Positions 46,467 through 59,625 of a stretch of DNA of 64,000 nucleotides are shown one piece after another. Positions within the stretch are counted from its first letter, which is position 1. The number at the start of each line of letters is the position of its first letter. The notes beneath the pieces were generated by a model. The model made no database searches. It was not told the DNA's origin and saw nothing but the letters and a program-made list of their open reading frames with translations. The DNA comes from Psammoneis japonica. Lineage: Eukaryota. A program made the translations under genes and the position numbers. The stretch lies in NCBI GenBank assembly GCA_008632985.1, contig QPGO01000167.1, positions 62,001-126,000 of the forward strand, written 5' to 3'.

Positions 46467-49400
46467 TGACAGGATTTGAACAGGATTTGGGTGCGCACGA
46501 AATGTCGCGCGCTGTTTGGTTTGCCGCGCACAGTTTTGTGTGCTTTAGTTCCGTGCGTTCGCGCGCGATGCAGTTTGCTTTCGAGCCACAAGGCTCACAA
46601 GAACAATGACAGCAGCCCGATTGTGCCGACTTGCACGTCTTTCGGCTCCTGCAACGGTCTCTGAGTGGAGACTCATCTGCTGTTTAGACAGCAGCAAGGA
46701 GTTGTTGTTTGAATTCTTGCCATTTGCCTTCAATTTCTGTCAGGTTGACAGTCTTGCTCATTGTCAACCCATTGAGCAACCGCCGTCGTCGTCGTTGATT
46801 TGCCGACGATGCCATTTCAATTCTGCGTGGATCTCCGCACATGTTCTGCATGCATCAGCAAGTCCACGCGCATTCAATGCCAGGCACTGGCAGGAAGTTA
46901 ACGTCACCATCAAGTCTCCTTGCCGCTGGACATCTGGATTGATTGTGCTGCCTTTCATCGCTGAAGACATGCACTCAACGGTCATGTCCAAGTCTGTCCT
47001 TGATCCTCATCCCTTGATGTGCCCATTCATCGGTTAACGGTCAAGAACCCTGCATGTTCAAGGATCTTCATCGCTGAAGACATGCACATGCACACATCTT
47101 CACTGCCAAGAACTTGCACCCACTCTTCGGACTGCAGTTTTGCCGCCACTCTACAAGCACACCGAGTCCATTGCACCTGATCTGCCCAAGACTGCTGGTG
47201 CTCTGCAATTCTGCTGGGTCCACAAGGACAACTGTGAGAGCAAGCAGCCGTGATTGCAGCCCACGTTGGGGCGAGGGTGTTTTCCCACATTTGTTCGTTC
47301 GTCCACAGTGCCTGACGCCTGCGTCAACTGGCCAGCCTGATCGGGAAATCCAACCGACATAAAATGAGAACGGTTCGGGGGTCTTGTCCACCTCTGGTCA
47401 GCTTGCCTGCAGGGGCTTGCAACCCGCTGCTCCGCTCGCAAGCAACCCAAAGCGCCACTGGCTGCGGGCTCGGATGTGCCAGCACAACTCTACGGACCGG
47501 ATGGGAAGTTCAGCACTTGACAACGAACGGGACAGCACAGCCCGGCGACTTCTGATTTCAAGGCAGTTCAAGATTTCAAGTCAAGTCCATTTCAAGTCAA
47601 GTCTGTTCTCACCCAAGTTTCAAGTCCACCCTTGCTTCCCAACAAGAATTGCTTGTCCTGACACCACTTTTGTCTGCCATGGTTCTCACTCGTCAGCAAC
47701 AAACCGATGGTTTCGAGCACGTTGTTGGAACCGTGCTTGCCCAAGGTGCTGGGAGCCCTCTTCGTTTGGCTTTGGCCCAAGACGGCACGGACTCGCATCA
47801 AGAACTGTTCACGTTCATGCCGTCCCAAATCGACTTGCTTGAGCACGACAACAGCACCAATGTGATCCCTTTGCCCCGCGGTTATGAGAACATGTCAGCA
47901 GCTCTGGTCAGTCTGTGCATTGTCAAAGCACATGAAGGTCTTGACGTTGCCAATGACTCCTCATTGTTCACGCATGACGAGTTCCTTGCCTGCCGCCTCA
48001 GCCCCGACTGCATGTCTTCTGTGTCCGTCGGCAGCTCACCCCTCGCACCTCCGCATGTCACCAACCCGACCAAGGCACGCGACCCGGTGCGAGACTTCAA
48101 GCGAGGCATCAAGCGTGACCCCACCGCTTTCACGGCTCTCAAATCTGACAAGCAGTGGCACACTTGGCACACCTCACTTGTGGCACAAGCCCGTGCCCAA
48201 GACATCGAGTGCATTCTAGACTCGTCGTACAAACCGACCAGCCCCGAAGACAAACTGCTCTTTGCTGAACAGCAAAAGCACATGTTCGCCATCTTCGAAT
48301 GCATCCTTCTCACCGACAAGGGCAAGGCTCTCATTCGCGAAAATGTGGGGTCTTCTGATGCCCAGACCGTCTGCCGCGCCTTGTCTGAGCATGCGCTCAC
48401 CTCCACCCGCGCATCTGTCGAGTCCTCCACCTTGCTCACGTGCCTTGCCACCGCACGTCTTGGTGATGGCACTTGGAAAGGTCTGACCCACGGGTTCATC
48501 CTTCATTGGCAAGATCAGTTGCACAAGTGCGAGGCACTCATCCCGGCCAGCGACCACTTCTCTGAAGGACAGAAGCGCGTCATGCTCGAGAATGCCGCAC
48601 ACCCTGTCGAGGAACTCCGTGCTGTCAAGAACCAAGCTGATCAGCATCACACGCAGAGTGGCAAGAGCCTCACACACGATCAATGCTGTGGCTTGCTCCT
48701 CTCCGTGGTGGCTCAATGCGACAGTGTGTTTCAACCCAAGACAACACCTCGAGCTCCCCGACGTGCCATGTGCGCACACAACGTCCACTCCGAGGAACCG
48801 TCCGACGATGTGTTCTGCAACATTGACAGCGACATTGACGTCCTTCAGGCCAATGCTGCCCACACCCGTGGTCCCAGCCTCACCGGTGACCAATGGAAAC
48901 GTCTCCCTCCCGACCACCAACGGATTTGGGATTCGTTGCCCCATTCCTCCAAGGCGATCATCCTCGAGCATTCTCGTCTGCCTCCCCGCGACCTGCGAGC
49001 CAGCAACTGCCATGAGTCCATTACGGCCAACCTTCATGACCAATGCCTTGGGAGTGACGGTGATGTCAACTTGTCCAACACGACTCCTGCTGACTCTGGT
49101 GACTCCGCTCCAAATGTGGGTGCCACTTCAGATGATCCCATCCTGGCGCACCTCACCAAGCGCAAGCCACTGCCACCCGGTGATCTGCAATGTCTGTTGT
49201 CTCCTAACCAAGCCCCCAACGCCAGTCGACCAGGGCCATCCGCCGCTCCCTCTACCCCGCCAGCTCCTGCCGATGACATGGAACTTAACGGCCGCACTTG
49301 CCGCCGCATTGACAACCACAATGTCATTCACTCTGCCTCTGCTCATCGCTCCACACGCGCTGGTGCTCCAGTCGATCGTGGGGCCAACGGCGGCATTGCT

Positions 49401-52400
49401 GGTGACGACGTTCGCGTCATTGCATGCACCTCTTGCCAAGTCGACGTTCAGGGCATTGACGACCATCAATTGGTGGACATCCCCATTGTCACCGCTGGTG
49501 CCATCATCGAGACCCAGCATGGTCCCGTCATCGCCATCCTCCATCAGCACGCATGCACGGGCAAGGGCAAGACCATTCATTCCTGCGGCCAGCTCGAATG
49601 GCACAAACAGGATGTCAACGATTGCTCTGTCAAGGTGCCCAATGGCTTGCAACGCATTGCCACTCCTGATGGCTGTGTCATCCCCATTGACATCAAGGGC
49701 GGCCTGCCTTGTGTTGCCATGCGACCTCACACTGACGCCGAATGGGACACCCTGCCCCATGTCATCCTCACCGGTGATGACACATGGGATCCTCCCGTCC
49801 TCGATCACTCTGTCACTGACAACGACCAGTGGTGCGACGCGATCTCTGACCCACAGGACGATCCCACTGCCAACCCATTTGACGAATGCGGCAACTGTCG
49901 TCATCGTGTTGTTGTCAACGAGACCATCATGTCCGCTTCCTTGTCTGCCGATCACGCATCCGCCCTCGATGATCACCTCATTCCGAACGACGACGTGTTC
50001 TGCGAGTGTCATCTGCACGCGATTGACCCCAAGGACGACGACGTTCCGCCCCCGGAGCGCACTGTGCAGCCCAAGGACCCCCCCTTCAAGTCTCTTTGGC
50101 CTTGCTTTGGCTTCCCACCTGCCGATGCGGTCCGTCATGCTTTTGACTGCACCACGCAGTGCGTCCGCATGCCCGCCGGTGCACACCTTAGGAAGGCCTG
50201 CAAATCACCCAACCCCGCCCTTAATGTGCACCGCCACAACGAGCCTGTCACCACTGACACCGTTTGTGCCGACACCCCGGCCGTCGACTCTGGTTGCACC
50301 AGCGCCCAACTGTTTGTTGGCACCGAGTCTACCGTCACTGACGTCTGCAGCACCAAGACGGACAAAGAGTTTGTCAACACACTCGAGGATCAGATCCGTG
50401 AGCGTGGTGCCCCATCCAAACTCATCAGCGACCGTGCTCAAGTTGAGATCAGCAACAAGGTGCTCGGGATTCTACGAGCCCTCTTCATCTCCAGCTGGCA
50501 AAGTGAGCCTCACCAGCAACACCAAAACTTTGCCGAGCGTCGACACCAGACCGTGAAGCGCATGGCGAACACTGTCATGGATCGTTTCGGAGACCACGAA
50601 TGGAAAGTGAACGGCAATCCTGAGCTCACTAAGTTCGTCTGCTCTGTCAACAACGACGAATGCGAGGAAGTCCTTGCCTGCAACGACATCATGAATCACA
50701 TTGAGCAAGAAGACGAAGACACTGCTGTTTGGAAATTTCGACGCATCGTGTCACACGAAGGACCTCTGAAGCCTCATGACCCAACCTGGAAAGGCTCAAG
50801 CTACAACATCATGCTTGAATGGGAAAGTGGGGAGATCACGTCCGAGCCTCTTGCCATCATCGCCAAGGACGACCCCGTCACCTGCACCATCCATGCACGA
50901 GAGAACGGACTTCTCGACACTGATGGCTGGAAGCGGTTCTGCACCATCGCGAGGCGCCAGAAGAATCCATTTTGCATGGCCAACCAAGCCAAGCTTCACT
51001 CCTTCCGCACTGCACCTCGCCACAAGTGCGGATGCGAAGTTCCCCGGAACTGCAAACACACCATGTCACCAGACGAACGCAACGGCAACCGCAAATGGGG
51101 AGACGCAACTAATCTCAAGATGGACCAACTCGGGGAATGCGAAGTCTTCCATGACTGCGGGCCCTTCGAGTCTTCCACTCCTCCTGTGGGACACAAGAAG
51201 ATCCGAGTGCACCTGGTGCACGACGTGAAACACGACGGTCGCCACAAGGCATGACTCGTAGCCGATGGGCACCTCACGGATGTGCCCATCGACAGTGTCT
51301 GCTCTGGAGCAGTCTCCCTCCGTGGCCTTCTGCTGATGATTTTCCTGGCCGAACTCAACGAGTTGGAGACATGGGCCACCGACATTGGCAATGCCTGCCT
51401 TGAAGCCACCACCAAGGAGAAGCTCTACATTGCAGCCGGACCCAAATTTGGCAAACTCAAAGGACACATCCTTGTCATCCACAAAGCCCTGTGTGGACTG
51501 CGCAGCTCCGGTCTCCGCTGGCACGAGTGCTTCGCCGACTGCCTGCGAGCTGAAGGCTTCTTCCCCTGCCGCGCCGAACCCGACATTTGGATGCGCAGGA
51601 ACGACGACCACTGTGAACACATTGCCGTTCATGTGGATGACCTCGCCATTGCTGTGAAGGACCCTCAATCTTTCGTCGATGCTCTCACGGAAAAGTGCAA
51701 GTTCAAGCTCAAGGGCACGGGACCCATTGAGTTCCATCTGGGTTGCGACTTTTCCCGGGATCCCGATGGCCTCACCGGATGCTCTGTCATGGGAATGCTC
51801 CACTTCCTCAACAAATTCCCGGCTGATTGGTTCTCTAAGAAGCAAGCCACTGTGGAGACTGTGACCTGCGGGTCTGAATTTGTTGCCGCAAGGACTTGTG
51901 TCGAGCAGATCATCGACCTGCGCATCACCCTGCGCTGCCTTGGCGTCCCTGTCCGTAATGTCAGTTGCATGTTCGGTGACAACAAGTCGGTTGTAGACAG
52001 TGCCACCATCCCGCACTCCAAGTTACACAAGCGACACACCGCACTGTCGTTCCACCGTGTGCGTGAGGCAATTGCCTCTGGTCACCTTGAGCTCCACTTC
52101 ATCGAAGGCTCCCGCAACCCTGCTGACATTCTCAGCAAGCATTGGGGTCACTCCCAAATCTGGGACCTTCTCCGCCCCCTCATGTTCTGGAACTTCATTC
52201 CATCCGAAGTCAAATCTGTTTCTGTGGCTCCTCAAGCAAACTGGGGAGTGACAGGATTTGGACAGGATTCAGGTGCGCGCAAAATGTCGCGCGCTGTTTA
52301 GTTTGCCGCGCACAGTTTTGTGTGCTTTAGTTCCACGCGTTCGCGCGCGATGTAGTTTGCTTTCGAGCCACAAGGCTCACAAGAACAACAACAGCAGCCC

Positions 52401-52524
52401 GATTGTGCTGACTTGCACGTCTTTCGGCTCCTGTGATGGTCTCTGAGCGGAGACTCATCTGCTGTTTAGACAGCAGCAAGGAGTTGTTGTTTGAATTCTT
52501 GCCATTTGCCTTCAATTTCTGTCA
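46467..52524 (+). mobile_element. Ty1/Copia LTR retrotransposon 2 (diatom CoDi-like), internally deleted
   Basis: 276-bp LTRs 46467-46742 and 52249-52524 (TGACAG..CTGTCA), TSD CTCGC/CTTGC, PPT ggggag. Confidence 0.95.
47679..52248 (+). pseudogene. Copia 2 gag-pol
   Basis: FKRGIKRD, VDRGANGG protease, LISDRAQVE and SEPHQQHQNFAERR integrase, KHDGRHKA*LVA, HVDD (expected YVDD), CGSEFVAAR, GDNKSVV, NPADILSK; deletions near 50590 and 51770. Confidence 0.92.
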
Positions 52525-54050
52525 CTTGCCTTTCTTCAGCTCTGCACCTGCTCAGAGGCAGAGACAATGGCACTTTTCTCCCGCGATTTTTTTTGTTCTC
52601 TTTGTGGCAACTCGCTGAACAAATGTCAAACCAAGATGGCCAACAATCAGACAAAAAGAGTTTGATTGCATTTCAGCAATCACCAGGTTCTGCAGCTGGT
52701 GGAAGAAAAACAAACTTCTTGCTTTTCAAGCACATGTGTGGAGGTGTTGTGGGGAAGCAACCCACCTCCGAGCCACACAAAAACTCAGTTGGTGCAGGAG
52801 CAAGCCCAAGCATGCCACTGAGCATCTAATTTGTGATGCTCTTGAAGTGCTCTTCATCTGAGTCCACCTTCTTGAGATGCTCCAAGTTTGTGACTCTCAG
52901 CACCACCAGCTGTGATTTTGTCAAAATGGCAAAAATGCCAGGGGCAAGCATCTCCTGCACCCCCCTTCGACTCAGCAGCTCACCTGCAAATCCAAGAGCT
53001 TGCAGCTTGCTGAGCAACCACCAAGAGAAAAACAGCTTTTGGGTTTAGAGCAGCAGCACCTGGGGGTTCTTCAAGAAATGATGTTGATTTTTGTCCACAA
53101 CAGGGCAACGACACAAGCAGGCTGGCCAGCTTGGATTGCTCCCAGTTCCTCCAAGCAGTGCTCCATCAAGCAGTTGCTCTCCAGTTTGGCACCAAGCAAT
53201 GACTCTCCCAGAACATTTTGCCTTGGTCAGCATCATTTAAATCAAACCCCCAACAAACCAAAATGTTTGCAATGCAAATGATTTTAATTTGCAGGTTTTG
53301 TGGGGACAGAGGGTGTGCACCCTCACATGGGGAAATTGGGTGACTGTTTCACAGTGAAACATGTTTTCCTCATGGGAGGGAGGGGGGTCAGACCCCACAG
53401 CATGAAATTGTTCACATCTGCAATGGTTGACATGTCATCACCACACGCACAACTGGTGCAAGGCATTGTGCAGCACAGAGTTTTTACGTGCAAAAGGGAA
53501 AAACATCACTGTGAAAAAGGTGGCCTCAATCACTGCAACATGTGCTTTGACGTTGTGCACAACTTTCACATTTTGGAAATGACTCAAATGCACCAGGCAC
53601 CAGATCAGATGGCGACATTGCGCGTCACACCCAACATCTGACAAAACTGACAATGACCAATGATGTGCATCTTGGCTTGCTGCACATGTGGCACTGAGTC
53701 ATCCCACAAGTTTCTCTGCAGTGGCCGCGCAATCATGCCCTGCTTGATTGTAGCAGACGTTGGCTCACATGTTCACACGTGTGTGTGCACACACAGCAAA
53801 TGTGCCAGCCAGCCTGAGGTGTGCCATTGCATCATCTGCACAGGCACTGCCCATTCCAGGCTGCCAAGAAAGGTTGAAAATGCAGCTGAGACAACCAAGA
53901 ATTGGACAAAGAAGACAATTGCAGTGGGGCAATCAACAGGTTCTGTCATTGTGCAAAACTTGTTTCAGCTTGACCCCCCTCCATTTATTGGCGACACCCA
54001 AAAAGTGGTGGGTGGATGCACGTACATGCGCATTGCATGTCAGCACACAT
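52525..54050. repeat. TpA-depleted flank right of Copia 2 (unidentified relics)
   Basis: TA largely absent up to ~54050; no identifiable ORF. Confidence 0.55.
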
Positions 54051-54205
54051 GAATCCATTTATTACAAAGGACATTGGTGGTGTAGTTGCAGGGGTTGCAG
54101 TGTGCATAAGCTTTCTCCTCACATTTCAGATAGATCCAGAACTCTGGCATTTCAGCATAGCTCTATCGTTCGTCTAGCATTTATTGTTTTGCATCTTACC
54201 CTCGT

Positions 54206-57200
54206 CTAGTCACTGCAACCTCGAGTTAGAAGACAACACTCGTCACATGCTCCAGAACCCAGATCCCATGGCTCTGTGGAGCATCCTCCTTTCCCAATTC
54301 CCTTTGCACAAACAAAAGGAGCGTGATCCGGACATTGATTCAATTCACTGCGGCAGATATTTACGGTGCACTTGGGGCAGGCGCTAGAGTCATAGTCCTG
54401 CTCTTGTTTGGAAGGACAGTTGGTCAAGGAGCAGCACTCGTCGCACACACTGAATATAATTTCCCACGGTTCTGGAGAGCATCCGCCAATGCTGACTCCC
54501 TTGGAACACAAAAATGGTGCTTCGTTGACTGGGCATAGCTTTGCCATTCCCTCTTGGCAAACATCAATCGAACACGGAGGACACTTGGTTTCGTCGACTT
54601 GGTGTCCAGGTATCCACTTTTTGTTCTCGACACTTTTGCTGCCAGGCTTCTCCTCAATGCAGGAAGACGCTTCGCAACACGAATGACACTGACCGACATC
54701 CGACCATGGAGTGGGAGAGCATCCACCTCTACTCGGTCCCTCGATACAAACAAACGTGTGGTCGTACGTTGGACAGCGGTCCAGAGTAGGATCTTGGCAA
54801 ACATCCTTTGGACAGGGCGGACAAGTTGGGAGATCAGTTTCGACATCTGCGTGACACCCGTCGGGATTGCACGGTCCACAAATGTCGGGATAGTCGACGT
54901 TGGCAACCAGTCTGCATGCGTCCTTTTCCGATGCGCCGAACGACTGCATCACCCACGAAATGCGATCGCGACACGAGTACCCATCGGCGTCAAGGTCCAA
55001 CACAACATCAATGCAGGTATCTGGGCAACCACAATCAGACAAACTCTGTACTTGTTCTGGTCGATGCGTCTTCGTTTTAGCCTCATCGGATTGGTCAGAG
55101 TCAGTCAAGGGAGAGGCTCGGTTTCCGGACGAGTGGCAATGTACCACAGAGTATTTGAGAGAGAGTGACCGTTTCCCCCAGCAGATTCAAATACTGACAA
55201 CGGCAGGGCTGTCGCCATTTCGAGTGCTCGATCAACATGACCTGCAGTCGCCAGAAGTGCGTACTGTAAAACCGACCAACCATCAGCTGCACATGCTTCA
55301 TAGTCCCTACAGCTTTGCTCATATCGGGGATACACTTCTTTAACCCATGAATCATGATCACGTTGTTCCGATACCGACGTCAGTGGAAGGAGCTGGATAC
55401 CAACCGGAAGATAGGGCGCATTACCAAACCACGTTTGGAATTGTGCCATTGTGCTCCACATGACACCCACCACGCTCTCCTTGTACTCGCTGGGGTAAAC
55501 TCGCGTATCCGCACTCTTGAGGCTCCTCACATGCCAGTACCAATCTGCCGATCGCACCTCAGTCGCAGTTAACAAGCGACCTACTTTGTACACGTTATCT
55601 GCAATATCCATCTTCGCCGACTCTTTTTGTTGTCGCCAAATGGAGCGCTAAAACGCAAAGGCAGAAAAGTGAGATTAGAGTCCGCGTCATTGTATTGCAA
55701 CAAACAAGAATTACAGGACAAAAGCACACCTACCATGACCTTGCCATAGAGAGCTACTGCTTCGTAGGATGCAATTGCTTCACTTGACGATTCCTGATTC
55801 TTGCCGTTTAAATATGCCGCCGACGATATGCCACTCGCCCAAGAATTTCCATTGTACCAGTCCTTGTGGCGAAATGGCGGAAAGTAGCCATCATGGCCGA
55901 TGGGTTGGCGATATCTCGAATCAATAGCAATACTTTTTCAAAGAAGGCTTGTCCCCAATCCGGGTCAAAATGCGAAACCACGGCGGCCGCATAAATGTGA
56001 TAACCTTGATGAAAATGGTGGTCATTGTAAAAGCCATTACCAAAATTCAAGCCGGGGTTGGAAAAGGCGGGGCAATTTGGAAAGACATTGCGGCAAATAC
56101 CCGAATCGGAATCAAAGTCACAACCGCAATTCACCAATCCACCCCACGCCGAGTCATAGACAAAGGGAACCGCAGCCGAGCCATTGATCCAAATCTCCAC
56201 ACCACTTCGTAGCCTATCGAGTGCATTGTCAAAGTCAGATTCCGTGGGGAGTGTCACGTTGAAACAGGATGATGGGGACGATGAATCATCGACAAAATGA
56301 AATCGATGTTGGTGTGTGGGTGTTGGGCATAGCTCCAACATTTCATCCGCTACAATCAAGATTCGAGCAAGCTTGGCCAACATCTTTCCAGAAAAGTATG
56401 TGTCGCCAATGCCTTGTTGATAATAGGTGGGTAGCGAAAAGTGAATGTCGTCTTGCAAAGCCTTGGAAATGGCTGGAAAGGACTGAGAAACGGGTGAACG
56501 GGGAGCACGAAAACTAATGGGTGGCAAGTCTTGCGGAATGGTCCACAAAGATCCCTTTACCAAACAAGCGCTGCCCCGTAAAGAAGACTGGCAATATTGA
56601 GATTCGAGAGGAATACCCTCTCCTCTTCCCTGGTGTAGCTGTTCCAAATGATGCGGTAACGCAAACATGAGGAGGTCGGTACCTTGTTGCTGACCTTGTT
56701 GACCCAATCGTCGACGACGATGGAGCGGTTTGAGATTGTCATTATTCGCCGACGCCTTGGCTACTCGACCCGTCATGTCACGTGCATCCCAAAGAAACGT
56801 GATGTTGGCGTCATTGTGATTGTCCACCGAGTACTCGATTGTCGTGTTTGGACCAGGATAAATGTTGGCATGATTTCGTAGCAACTGTCGATAGCTATTC
56901 ATAACTTCTGCATTAGGTCGTCCGTCTCGACAATAAATGGGATTGTGTCCATTGGTACAATTGGCAAGTGGCGTCATGCGCACCGTGAGCGGCAACTCAC
57001 TACTGAACGGCGGCGACTGCTCCAATTCCACAATTTGGATTGTGACTGCCGCCATTCCGGATGGAGGTGGCACACCCACGGGAAGTTCTTGCTGTTGTAC
57101 ATTTTCCATTAAACAAACCAGCCAGACGGGTTCCGAAAAGAATACAAGCCACGTAAAGTCACTATCATAAAAGGACATTTCCAATTCACCTTGAACCAAA

Positions 57201-58328
57201 ACTCGGTCGGTAGTTTTGCAATCCACAACAACATTCCCCGTCGGCAATCATGGGAAGATTGATGCGTTGCAATCTCGGATACAACGGTTGGGAGTATGAT
57301 TGATTGAGAAAAGAGAGTCTTGGGATAGTGTACCGTTGTAAAGGGCATCCTTGGACAATCGTGGATGTCATGGCGTTGGGCAACGACTCGATTCCCTATA
57401 GTCAATTCAAAAGAAGAATTCGGTCAGTATTTAGTGCAAAAGTTCTGCATACAGTCAAAACAATGGAAATACAACGTACCCAAGAGAGTGTGAGACCCAA
57501 GGGTGTCGTCTTGACGACCGAGTATCGCTTGGATACAAAAGTAGACTCCCCGTCCATATATTATCTTTTGCGATTCCCATGGTGAGCCCGTGACTCGGAA
57601 CAAAGTCCAGTTGCATTACGGTTTGAGAAGCTCCGATATGGGTGGGATGCATTCGAATACCGGGTACGGGTCCCACCATGTCCACGACAAAGGGATTGGT
57701 ATAGGCACGTTGAATTGCGGTCGGTTCCTCCGAATACAACAAGATGTTTTCAAACCACGCATTGGTGGGGAGGGATGGCGCATCATCAAGAGTGTGTAGA
57801 CAAGCAGATGCTTCGGGAGATGTTTCGTGTGGACGTTGAAAGGAATATAAACCCAAATCCTCAACGGATCCTTGGTGGAAAAGGGACGTGCGTTTTGGAC
57901 CTTGATGCAAATGGTGGAGAAAGAATATTGTTGTTTTGTGGAAACCATCGCTACCACCAGTGTCGTCGTCGTCGTTGTGTTTGTCTGAAGCAAAAGGAGG
58001 AGTATGTCGAGAAGGGAGCAACGACAAAGATTAGCAATACCAACACTACAAGAATACTGCATTGCTTCCACCTTGATGTCGTTCTCCTCTTGAACCATGA
58101 TGCTCGCCGCTTTCCAAAACAGAAGAATACACGTGGAGGCAATAACTGCTCTTCATCCACTTCCAAATGCGCATCGCTAGACACTCGAGACATGCCGCCA
58201 TTTTCATCATCTTGTTCATGACTGGATGGCTTGTTTGTCACTGGCAATTTCTTTTTGAATGAAGGCAGCAAACTCGAAGATTCACTCGCAGCTGCGTTTT
58301 GCGTTTTCTCGGTCGTGACGAGTGTCAT
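54206..58328 (-). CDS. Endo-1,3(4)-beta-glucanase (GH81) with N-terminal TM anchor and C-terminal Cys-rich repeats, frameshifted in this sequence
   Basis: LPTNAWFEN, DTYFSGKMLAKLAR, FGNGFYNDHHFHQGYHIYAAA, NQESSSEA, GIQLLP; C-terminal CPPC..C..CP...F.C..G...GGCS..PW repeats; at least two introns. Confidence 0.88.
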
Positions 58329-58744
58329 GGTGTTTCTTAAAAAATCGTCTATTGACCTACAAGTCGTTCGGTTACCTCTAGTCAAGAACAAGAAAAAATC
58401 TCTCTTTATTCTTGGTAAATCACGTGTCAATACAAAGGCGGTTTTTGAAATCTCTTGCGATGCATCAATTTCGCTCACGCAACATTGAACGTGTTTGAGA
58501 TCGAGCGGTGTCAAGAAATTGTGATCGCGATCGCGTCGATCTCGTGATGATGATGTGAGGCTGTGAGGAGCGTTTCTAACGCTGACACATTGTGACACGA
58601 TTTCGAAAACTTTAGTTAAGTACATTCCTTCATGACGTCACATGCTTCTGATAAGAAGCACTAACGCCTGAAGCCGCAAAATGCACGATCATGATGCCAT
58701 CATCTGCTGGGGCACTGCTGCCACTGCTAGAGTAGAGAGAGAGA

Positions 58745-59520
58745 GAGAGCAGTCGAGAGAGAGAGAGAGCAGTCGAGGTTCCAGCATCCATGCCAGAGCA
58801 ATTTGAAAATAGTGCACAATGTGACTGGGATAAAATCAGCCCAGATCCCACTCGATTCTTGCAATGTGCCCACCCCTCAAGCGTGCTGGCACTTTTCACT
58901 TTTTTCTGGCTGAGGGGATGCTCCCATGATGGTCTCAAGAACAGGTTTCAAGCAGCACCCCAGCAGCATTTCAACTTGCAAGCAAGCTTCTTGAACTCAA
59001 GCAAAATCTATTTTTCCAAAAAATGTTCTGCAAGACACGACTCTCCTGCTGGCAGTGGAGCCAGCGCAATGCTTGTGTTGGTGGCAGCTGAAGAATGAAG
59101 TTTTTGGGCAAAGTTCTTGGCATTTTTGAAGTTTGCAATCCATGATGGAAAGGGCACCATTCAAATCCTTCCCAGTGATCCAAGATGTGCTGCTTTGCCT
59201 TGTTTTGCCAAGCAGGGTTGTTTGTCTCATTCAGGTTGCCAATCACAAGCCTGACATCCAGCACAACCATTGGAACAAGTGGTTCTTCAGTGGAAACATC
59301 AAAGCACTTGCCTCAATTCTTGATGACCTTGTTGCATTGTTCACATCATTGGCATTGTCCTGCATGACTTGTCAAAGACTGACTCTGTTGAACACAAAAC
59401 CACTGAGGACTCCAGTGAAGCATTGGCATCAATGCTTGGGAAAGACAACGCGAAAGAAGTGTGCACATGCCCAGTTGTTTTCAATTCCAGTTGGCTTCGC
59501 CGAGTTGGGTCTGGAAAAGA
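58745..59520. repeat. TpA-depleted block F
   Basis: Begins after ctagagtagagagag/(GA)n tract; TA nearly absent. Confidence 0.6.
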
Positions 59521-59625
59521 GCGCTGAGTAGAGTCATCTTGCCGGCAGAGACTCTTCCTGCAGATCTCAACAAAGTTGACTGCCGGAGAGAAGAAGAACT
59601 CATTTAACGCAAATGCGATTTTACT

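Noticed and set aside
11851..52524. RNA editing (ADAR-like) or RT error during retrotransposition as the cause of A->G
   Set aside because: That would be strand-biased and shared by both LTRs; here changes are on both strands, differ between LTRs, and also hit flanks, a derlin duplicate and a TIR
30916..58328. Frameshifts in GT25, P450, F5/8 protein, sulfatase 2 and GH81 as programmed frameshifting or mass pseudogenisation
   Set aside because: Scattered small indels in otherwise conserved genes fit consensus errors better; needs reads to decide
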